64,000 nt of DNA from an uncultured Spirochaetota bacterium. GTDB taxonomy: Bacteria > Spirochaetota > UBA4802 > UBA5550. Position numbers and translations under genes: made by a program. The notes beneath the pieces were generated by a model. That model did not search any database. It was not told the origin of the DNA and worked only from the letters and a program-made list of their open reading frames with translations. How positions within the stretch are numbered: position 1 is the first letter of the stretch; every line of letters begins with the position of its first letter. This document shows positions 32,618 to 41,800 of the stretch, piece after piece. The DNA is taken from contig CAWHAA010000002.1 of the NCBI GenBank assembly GCA_963827275.1, positions 128,001 through 192,000 on the forward strand, written 5' to 3'.

Positions 32618-35462
32618 ATGCAAAGAAAAATCCTTGATTTTATATTCAACCTGTCGCTGCAGCGCGGGAAATTGCTGCTGGTCATCATGTCGATCATTAC
32701 CGTCATCTTCGGCACATTTATCCCCCGGCTTATCATCTCGTCCTCGCAGCAAAACCTGATCCCCGCGGACGATCCGGAGCAGGCGAGATACATCCAGTAT
32801 AACAAGGAATTCGGCTCCTCGGACAACCTGATTATCGTCCTCGACGGCGACAGCGACGCGTGCAAGGAGTACGCCGATGATTTTGCGCGGGAGCTCGAAA
32901 AGGAGCAGAAATGGGTCAAGTCGGTATTTTACAAGATCGACGCCAGCGTGCTGCTGAAACGGGCGCCGCTGTATGTGCCGGCCGAAGATCTGAACAAGGG
33001 ATTCGAGTTATTGCAGAAGAAGCAGGGGATGATCGAGCGGGTTAAAAATATTTCCAGCCTGTATGCATTGCTCAATGAAATAACGGAAAGCTTTAAAGAG
33101 CCGAACAGTGAAATTTCCATCGAGGCGGCGACGAAAATAATCGCCTTTATCAATACCTTTTTTGCCGAATGGAACGACTGGATCATCAACACGAACCAGA
33201 TCAAGCTGAAAATCGGAGAAAAGATTTCACAGGCGGGGTTCCCGCAAATGGCGATGCTGCAGAGCGAGGGGTACCTGTTTTCCCGCGATTTTAAAATGAT
33301 GTTCCTGCTCGTTCAGCCTAAAGATTACGATGATGAAATAACCTATCTCCGGCCGTTCATGAAGGATATCCGCGCGGCCTGCGACCGGGCGAAACGCACG
33401 CACCCGGAATTACAGGACAAGGTCAAGGTGGCCTTTACCGGGATGCCGGCCCACGTGCTCAACCAGACCGAAATCATTTATTCTGATGTGGGACATGCGG
33501 CGATCGGCTCGGTCGTCATCGTCGCGCTCATTCTCCTCATCGGGTTCCGTTCTATCAAGAAAACCATTGTCGGGGTCATTCCCACCGTTGCGGGGATGGT
33601 CATCTCCCTCGGTATTTTAACGCTCTTCCTCGGGAAGCTGAACCTGATCAGCTCTTCCTTCCTGGCGGTCCTGTTCGGTATCGGGATCGATTTCAGCATC
33701 TATCTCCTCCAGCGAACGGAAGAGGAGCTGGGGAACGGGCTGTCGCAGAATGACGCGATATACAAGTCGGTCGTACTGACCAGCCGGTCCATCATCTCCG
33801 GGGGCCTCACCACGAGCCTCGCGTTCCTTGCGCTGGCGCTTTCAAAGTTCCAGGGGTACTCGGAGCTCGGCTGGGCCGCGGGCATCGGCCTCATCGTCGT
33901 CATGTTCACCACCTTTTTCATGATGCCGGCGCTGCTCATGAATATCCCGGTTGAACCGCGGATGTATCGTGTAAAGGAGACCATCAAGGAAGCGGGTATT
34001 TTAGAAAGGAAAGAAGATACACCTGGTGCTTATCGGCGTGGGCGTCATCATCACCATCGCCAGCATCATAGCCACGACCAGGCTCAAAATGGACTATAAC
34101 ATAATCAAAATGCTGCCGACGAAAACTGAATCCTCTATCTACCAGAACAGGATGGAAGAGGAGAGCGATTACAAGATGTCCTTCGTCATGATAACAGACA
34201 CCGATCTGGTGCGTTTGAAAGAGATCACCGAGAAGGTCAAGGCCCTGCCGACGGTCAGCAAGGTCGAGTCCCTGGCAGACCTCATTCCTTCCGACCAGGA
34301 AAAAAAGATCAGGATCATGAAGAAATTTAAACCGCTCCTCGGTGATTTCCGCATCGGGCTCAGGGACAATGACCAGATCGGCGCGGACTATATCGCCGCG
34401 CTGGACCGGATAAGCGTCTATTTCGAGGAAGCGCAGGAAAAGGCGTTTGCGGGGAGCCAGACCAGGCTGGTGGAGCAGATTGACCTTGTCATGAAAAACA
34501 TCGATGCCATCAAGAAAAAACTCGCGTCGGACAGGACCGGCATGGCCCTGGTACGGACGAGGAAATTCGAGAAGGAGCTTTTCGCGAATCTGGAAAAAGG
34601 GACCCAGCTCATCCGCGAAAGCCTGAACCCGGCCGTTATCACGGAGGCCACGTTCCCGAAAGAGATAATCAGCAGGTTTAAAAGCGAGAAGGGGACCTAT
34701 GTGGCAATGGTGTCACCGAAAGGCTCAATCTGGGATGTTGATTTTCTCGACACGTTCGTGAATGGCCTCAAAAAAATCACTCCGAATGTCACCGGGTTTC
34801 CTGTCACACACCGGGTCTATGTGCGGCAGGCGGCGACTGCGATATTTCAGGCAATGATGTATTCTTTCATTGTTATACTGATACTCCTGATAATTGATTT
34901 CAGGGGCCTCAGGGGGGTGCTCCTCTCCCTGCTCCCGCTCTTCATGGGGATGATGCTCCTCCAGCTGATGATGTTCGTGTTGAGAATTGATTACAATGTC
35001 GCCAATATCGCCGGGCTGCCGCTGCTGCTCGGGCTTGGCGTGGTCTATGGTCTCCGGATCGTGCATCGCTGGAGGGAGGACCCGTCCATTACCGCCTTTG
35101 CCGCGACACAGACAACGGGCAGGGGGCTCGCTTTCGCCGCGTTTGCAATCATAGCAGGCCTCATCAGCATAGTTCCCGCTCGTCATAACGGCGTGTCCTC
35201 TTTCGGCGTGATCCTGCTCATCGGGATCATAACCTGCATGTTCACGGCGCTTATCATTTTACCGGCGATCATCGACTATCTCTATGTCATGAAAAAAGGT
35301 GAAGAGCCGGCGGAGGAAAGCGCCGCGATACCCGCGGCGGACCCGGAGGGAAGAAAGCCGGGGGCCAGGCGCTCGTCAGCGAAGCAGAAAACGAAACCAG
35401 GCGCAAAGAAAAAAACAGCCGTGAAAAAGAAGGCGGCAAAGCCAGCTAAAAAGAAAAAATAG
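32618..35462 (+). CDS. MMPL/RND lipid transporter, HpnN/BstA-like, with a +1 frameshift near 34010
   Basis: Two-repeat RND topology, TG.P, GIGIDFSIYL, GGLTT, NVANIAGLPLLLGLGV. Removing one A from AGGAAAGAAG joins ORFs 32618-34099 and 34026-35462 (ERKKIHLVLIGV). Confidence 0.85.
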
Positions 35463-35512
35463 CGGCCGCCGGCATGTTCCTGCGAAGCAGTATGGAATAA
35501 AAGACAGTCGTG

Positions 35513-35540
35513 AAAGGGCACCGGATACGGTGCCCTTTTT
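35513..35540 (+). terminator. Rho-independent terminator
   Basis: AAAGGGCACCG-GATA-CGGTGCCCTTT followed by T residues. Confidence 0.88.
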
Positions 35541-35618
35541 ATATGTTTTTCAATCATTCCCTTGACTTATTGCAATGAGTGCGCTACAGGTATCCGCATC
35601 CATATGGTGAGGTGGTAC

Positions 35619-37388
35619 ATGAAGGGTAATGCCCTGTACAAGAGAAAGACAAAAATTATCTGCACTCTCGGCCCGGCGACGGATGACCGGGAGGTGCTGC
35701 GGCGCCTTTTATGCAACGGCATGAACGTTGCCCGCATGAACTTTTCCCACGGGTCCCATGACGAACACCAGAAACGGGTCGATACGGTCAAGGAGCTCAG
35801 GGAGGAACTGGGACTTCCGGTCGGCATCATGCTGGACACGCGGGGACCTGAGATCAGGATCAGGCAGTTCGCTGACCGCGAGGTCACCCTCGCGGCCGGG
35901 GCCATGTTCACCTTCACGGTAGAAGACGTCCCCGGCACGGACCGCATGGTGTCAGTCGCCTACGACAGGTTCCCTTCAATTGTGCAGAAGGGGGACACGC
36001 TGCTGCTGGATGACGGCCTTATCGCCATGCGGGTAACGGGCGTGGACGGTCAGGAAGTGACCTGCCAGGTGCTGAACGGCGGGACCCTGGGCAACAACAA
36101 GAAGATCAATGTACCTGGCGCGGCAAACAAACTGCCCTTTATCAACGAAAAGGACCGCGCTGACCTGCTCTTCGGCGTCAGGAACGATTTCGATTTCATA
36201 GCCGCCTCCTTCGTGAGGAACGCGAACGACATACGGGACCTGCGCGACGAACTGCGCAAGCTCCGTGGCGAATTCATCAAGATAATAGCAAAGATCGAGA
36301 TCAGGGAGGGCGTGGACGATATCGACGCCATCATCCGCGTGAGCGACGGAGTCATGGTGGCGCGGGGCGACATGGGTGTCGAGATCCCGTTCGAGGAGCT
36401 TCCCTCGATACAGAAGCGGATCATACGCAAGTGCTATGGCGCCGGGAAGCCGGTCATCACCGCGACCCAGATGCTCGACTCGATGATCCGCAATCCCCGT
36501 CCCACGCGCGCTGAGATCACCGACGTGGCGAACGCGATCTATGACGGGACGAGCGCCATCATGCTCTCCGGGGAGACCTCCGTGGGGAAGTACCCCGTTG
36601 ATTCGCTCCTCACCATGTCAAAGATCGCGGTCGAAACTGAGCGCGACATCGATTATGTCAGGCAGTTCAATGAAATGCGCGTGCCGGTTTCCCGGAACAT
36701 CACAAACGCCATAAGCCGCGCGACCTGCGAGACCGCGCATACCCTGGGCGCCGCCGCCATCGTGAGCGTGACAAAATCGGGCCACACGGCGAACATGGTT
36801 TCGAAATACCGGCCCGGCTGCCCGATACTTGCGGTCACCATATCGAAGAAGGTGTTCCACCAACTTTCCCTCTCGTGGGGGGTCTATCCCGTGATGACGG
36901 AGCGGAAAGAGACGACCGATGAAGTCTTTGAACAGGCGGTCTCGCGGGCGTCCGCTTCCGAGCTGGTAAAAAACGGCGATCTGATCGTCATCACGGGCGG
37001 TATGATTGCCGACGTGAGCGGCACCACGAACATGCTCAAGGTCCATATCGTGGGGGACCTCCTCCTGGAAGGGAAGGGGATGACGCCCTTTACCGCAAGT
37101 GGCCCGGTATGCGTGATCAGCGACCCGGACGATGCGCACCATTTCAATTCAGGTGAGGTGATAGTTATCGGTAAAACGACCGACGAGATACTGGCGCTCC
37201 TGAAAAGCGCGGCAGCGGTCATCACCGAGGAAGAGAGCGATTCGCAGGCGGTCATCGCGGGTAAGGCGCTGGGGATACCGGTCGTATGCGCCGTCAGGGC
37301 CGCTACCGAGATTCTGAAGAGCGGGTCTGTCGTCACCGTGGACGGGGTGGGCGGCAACATATACAGCGGCATCAGGCATATCCGGTAA
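35619..37388 (+). CDS. pyk: Pyruvate kinase with C-terminal PEP-utiliser swivelling domain
   Basis: KTKIICTLGPA, RMNFSHG, IIAKIE, MVARGD, ATQMLDSM, MLSGET. Confidence 0.96.
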   Translation: MKGNALYKRKTKIICTLGPATDDREVLRRLLCNGMNVARMNFSHGSHDEHQKRVDTVKELREELGLPVGIMLDTRGPEIRIRQFADREVTLAAGAMFTFTVEDVPGTDRMVSVAYDRFPSIVQKGDTLLLDDGLIAMRVTGVDGQEVTCQVLNGGTLGNNKKINVPGAANKLPFINEKDRADLLFGVRNDFDFIAASFVRNANDIRDLRDELRKLRGEFIKIIAKIEIREGVDDIDAIIRVSDGVMVARGDMGVEIPFEELPSIQKRIIRKCYGAGKPVITATQMLDSMIRNPRPTRAEITDVANAIYDGTSAIMLSGETSVGKYPVDSLLTMSKIAVETERDIDYVRQFNEMRVPVSRNITNAISRATCETAHTLGAAAIVSVTKSGHTANMVSKYRPGCPILAVTISKKVFHQLSLSWGVYPVMTERKETTDEVFEQAVSRASASELVKNGDLIVITGGMIADVSGTTNMLKVHIVGDLLLEGKGMTPFTASGPVCVISDPDDAHHFNSGEVIVIGKTTDEILALLKSAAAVITEEESDSQAVIAGKALGIPVVCAVRAATEILKSGSVVTVDGVGGNIYSGIRHIR

Positions 37389-37460
37389 CGGCGGCCCTGA
37401 ATTGCTTGACGGGACCGGATGGGTGCGATAGCCTGAATCCCTGACGCGCCCCGGTCATAC

Positions 37461-38192
37461 ATGATGGATTTTTTTAAAAAAACATCTGCCCTCATTTCCC
37501 TCTTCCTGCTCCTGGCAGGCTTCGCCCCGGCGCACCGCAGCCCTGCGGCATTCGGGGAGATGAGTGCCGCGGGCACGTTTTCATCCTCCATAGCGGGACA
37601 GGATGACAATGTCAGGCGCAATATCATGATCGCGGTCGGGAAGCTGAACGGGGCCCTGATTGCCCCCGGCGCCGTATTTTCATTTAACGATGCCGTGGGG
37701 GAAGGGTCCGCAAAAAACGGCTTCCTGCCGGGAAGGGTACTCTATCGCGACCGCGTGGCCATGGAACCGGGGGGCGGCCTCTGCCAGGTTTCATCAACCC
37801 TTTATAACGCGCTCCTCATGGCGGGCTGCGTAATTATAGAGCGACACCGCCACTTCCAGCCGGTGACGTACGTGCCGCTGGGCCTCGACGCCACCATCAA
37901 ATACGGCAAGAAGGACCTCAGGATTAAAAACCCGTACCGGCACCGCCTGAAAATCGAGATGAGCGCTTCCGATGCGAGTCTCAATGCCCGGGTGCTGTCC
38001 GAAGAAAGGCCGTCGTTCAGGTACGAAATATTCACAGAGGAAGAGGAACTGGCGCTGCCCGCGGCCGATGATGTCGAGAACATACGCCAGGGGATATCGG
38101 TCCATGTGTACCGGAAGCGGTACCGCGGTGATACCCTGCTGGAGAGCGCGCTGCTGTATAAAGATTATTATCCTCCCGTGTACACGCGATGA
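37461..38192 (+). CDS. VanW family exported protein
   Basis: Signal peptide, R..NI..A...LNG, FSFN..VG, GGGLCQVSSTLYNA, ER..H, YVPLGLDAT. Confidence 0.92.
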   Translation: MMDFFKKTSALISLFLLLAGFAPAHRSPAAFGEMSAAGTFSSSIAGQDDNVRRNIMIAVGKLNGALIAPGAVFSFNDAVGEGSAKNGFLPGRVLYRDRVAMEPGGGLCQVSSTLYNALLMAGCVIIERHRHFQPVTYVPLGLDATIKYGKKDLRIKNPYRHRLKIEMSASDASLNARVLSEERPSFRYEIFTEEEELALPAADDVENIRQGISVHVYRKRYRGDTLLESALLYKDYYPPVYTR

Positions 38193-38205
38193 CCGGGAGG
38201 CGGGA

Positions 38206-38823
38206 ATGAAGGCGGCAAGGACAGGCGGGCTCGTGATGGCCCTGTTTTTTTTCTTCGCGGCAGGCGGTGACGTTTCCGGCGGCGCCAGCCCGGCCGAAGA
38301 CCCGCTGCTTGCGGAATGGAATGAATTTTCGAAACAACCTGAATGCAAAGCGCTCATGGCATGGCTCCGCCGGCAGGCGCTATCGCGCCTTACCGGCGCG
38401 CGGTGCGACGATCGACTTACGGTATCGACCCCTGACTATTTCGGAAAACTCGGGATGTTCATTACCCTGCAGAAAAAGAAAAAGGTGCGCGGCTGTTACG
38501 GATCGTTTTCGCACGGCATTGATACCATCGAGCCGTTGCTCCGGGATTATCTCGCCGGGGCCCTCACCAGGGACCTCCGGCATGAACCCCTTGACATAGC
38601 TGAATTTCCCGATACCGACATTATCCTGACGGTCACCTCGGCCCCGTTCGCCATTGATGATCCCGGGTCGGTCGACCTGCGCAGGTACGGGATTGTGGTC
38701 GCGTGCGGCGATGACCATGCCGTGTTTGTCCCTGCCGAGATCAGGAGCCTTTCGTCCCTGGAAAAAATAACGGCCGGAAAATCGTGCCAGGTTTCGTCAT
38801 TTGCCGCCGTTACGATTCGGTGA
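38206..38823 (+). CDS. AMMECR1-domain protein with N-terminal signal peptide
   Basis: GMFITL...VRGCYG, D.RHEPL, YGI, VFVP, hydrophobic N-terminus. Confidence 0.78.
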   Translation: MKAARTGGLVMALFFFFAAGGDVSGGASPAEDPLLAEWNEFSKQPECKALMAWLRRQALSRLTGARCDDRLTVSTPDYFGKLGMFITLQKKKKVRGCYGSFSHGIDTIEPLLRDYLAGALTRDLRHEPLDIAEFPDTDIILTVTSAPFAIDDPGSVDLRRYGIVVACGDDHAVFVPAEIRSLSSLEKITAGKSCQVSSFAAVTIR

Positions 38824-38870
38824 TGGTTCCGTCAGCCCTCTGGCGCAACATATAATTTCTGGAGGACACG

Positions 38871-41800
38871 ATGTGTAAGAAAATATTCTCCTGCCTCATC
38901 CTTGTTTCACTCGGCCTCATCCTCACGCATTGCGATACCGCCGGGGTCAAGCGCCTCGATGACGGGCGGAGCATATATCTGTCTGACGGCAAAAAGCTGT
39001 CGGCTAAAACGGGTATTGAGGGACACGTCATAGATGCAAAGACGAAGAAGGGGATACGGGACGCGCAGGTTGAAATGAAAAACGCCAACATGGGAGTCGG
39101 GTATTATACGCGTGAGACCGACCGGAACGGCTATTTCAAAATAGAGGATTTCATCCCGTATGTCAGGTACTCCGTCGAAGCCACAGCGAAAGGGTACGTA
39201 ACGTACCGGTCGACCGGACCGGTGACGGGAGGAAGCCATACATTTGCGCTGGCGCCGGAATCGCGGCTGAGCGGCACCGTCAGGAACAGGAAGGGAGAGC
39301 CGCTCCTGGGTGTGGAGGTTAAGCTCACCGCGTACGATGAACCGACGGAGGAGGGAGAGAACATCGTTTCACGTGCGCCGCGTATCGCCGCGACGGACGG
39401 CAATGGATCCTACGGGTTCGACAAGCTTCCCGCCGGCTCATACACGGTCCTGTTCACCTTCCCCGGGTGCATCAGTGAAACGGCGCAGGTGCGGAACATC
39501 AAGGAAGGCGAGAGCTTTGATCTTCCCATGGTAATGACGCGGCCCGCATCGGTGATGGGGAACGTTGTAATAGAGGGGCTCAACTCTCCGGCGATCAACG
39601 TGGACGTCTCAATCGAGGGACAGGTGACCCAGTCCGCGGCGACATTCCAGGACGGTACCTACCGGCTGGATGACGTAAAGCCGGGCACGTACAAGATGAC
39701 CGTCGCACACCAGGGGTTTTATGAGCTGACCGCGCATACGATAAAAATAAGCGAAGGTGAAAAGCGGGAGAACGTGAATTTTACCGTGAAGGCGAAGGAG
39801 CCCCAGGTCCAGGTATACGCGTACCGGTACACCTTTGCGCCGGGAGATGCCATTGAGTTCAATGTGCGCTCGTTGAGGCTGGAGACCCTGAAGGCGACAG
39901 TATACCGGGTGCCGATCGATATTCTGGTGCGGGGCGGGGTCGATGCGGACAGGCTTGATCCTGCGGCCGAGGGCTTCAAGGCGCTCTTCTCGTGGGACGA
40001 GCCGGTCAGGGAATTCGAACCCTATGAATGGCGGTACCAGTCGGTACAGGTGAAGAACCCCCTTTCCACCGGGGGCTACTGCATCGAGGTCAGGGGCGCG
40101 GGCAGGGTGATCAGCAGGAAGTTTTTCTCTCTTACCACCGTCGGGGTAGTGATGAAGCGCTCCCGGGAATCGGTCTTTGCCTATGTCACCAGCCTCGTGG
40201 ACAATACGCCCATCCCGGACGCACGCGTGGTGCTGTTCGATACCACGCCGCAAAAAAAGAAAGGGAAGAAGGCGACCTATGATCCGCCTGACCAGGTGGA
40301 GGACCTTCCCGTAAAAGCGCTGCTCCAGGGGAAAACGGACCGGGACGGCATCTGCCACAAGGGCTTCAGATCTGACCGGCATATTTCCGCGATCGTCATA
40401 GCCGGTGATGGCAGTTACGCCATCTGCAATACCGGGTCGCCGTCGTCGTTTGAGAAGGAGCAAAAGAAATATTTCATATACACTGACCGGCCCGTGTACC
40501 GGGCGGGAGACGCGGTGCATTACAAGATCATTGCGAAAAACCGCGAGCGGCGGTTCGTGCCGGTCGCCGGCGAGCGGTTGTATTACAGGATCGTGAACCG
40601 CGACATGGCAAAGACGGTCGCCGAAGGGGAAATGACGCTCGATGACTGGGGCACTGCGGACGGGGCACTGGCGCTGTCACGCGAAGCCCACCTCGGCGTG
40701 CATGAAATCATGGCGGGGCCGACGGTGAAAAACCTCTATAGCAGGGGGCGGTTCTATGTCGAGCAATACCGGAAGCCGGAATTCATCATAAAAATTATAC
40801 CGTCAAAAGATTATTTCATCAACGGCGACACGACCGAATTCAAGGTCGAATCGAAGTACTTTTTCGGCGCGCCGCTCAAAGGGGCCCTGGTGCAGTATCG
40901 GTTTTATGAAACGCGGCTCAGGGACGCCAACACCACCTACTGGTGGGAGCGCGATTATGGCGACAGCGCGCCGTACAACCGCATCGTCCTTGAAGGGGAA
41001 AAGTACGCCGATGACGAAGGGGTCGCCGTGCTGCGGCTCCATGCCGGGAACCTTCCCTATGACCGGGAGATCACCTGCGAGGCCACGGTGGTGGACCGCT
41101 CCAATGTCAGCATCACGGCCTCCGGCACGGTACGGATCGGGCGCGGGGAATATTACATCAAGATAGAACCGACCCGGAATTTTTTCGCCGCCGGCGAGAA
41201 AAAGGTCGTGGCGGTAAAGACCATGACCCATACCGGGAAACCGCTCAGTGCCCGGGTGAAGGTGGAGCTCTTCCGGTATATATGGAAGCCGTGGGAGCGG
41301 GTGTATGTCCATGACAGCAGGCCGCTCTATTCGGAAACGGCGACAACCGACAGCAGGGGGGCCGTGCTCATCGAGCTGCCGAAACAGTTCAGCCTGTACG
41401 GCGAATTTGACATGGTGGTCACCGGCACTGACCGGAGGGAAAACCGGATCACCGCGTCGCGGGTCATCTGGGTCTACGGTGCGGAGGGGTCAGCGGTGGC
41501 GTCGCGCTTTAAAAACCTGGAGCTGACCCTGGACACGGACGAGATGGCGAAGCCGGGCGAGGTCACCTGCCTCGTCAAGAGCTGCTTCACCGATGCGTAT
41601 GTGTGCCTCACCCTTGAAGGGAGGGACGTGTATGAATCGAAGGTCGTTAAAATGACGGGCAACATCGTCCCGGTGAAGTTCACCGTCAAAGAGGCGTACG
41701 CGCCGAACCTGTACGTGACCGCGTCCATGCAGCGGAAGCGGGCCCTCTATACCGAATCGGCCGGGATAACCATCCCCGTCAATGACACGGAGCTCTCCCT

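Noticed and set aside
34001..34025. Programmed frameshift or phase variation in the RND gene
   Set aside because: No canonical slippery heptamer or long repeat tract. Same signature as the other three indels.
37972..38205. Upstream extension of the AMMECR1 ORF
   Set aside because: It overlaps the VanW gene. ATG 38206 has a GGAGG RBS.
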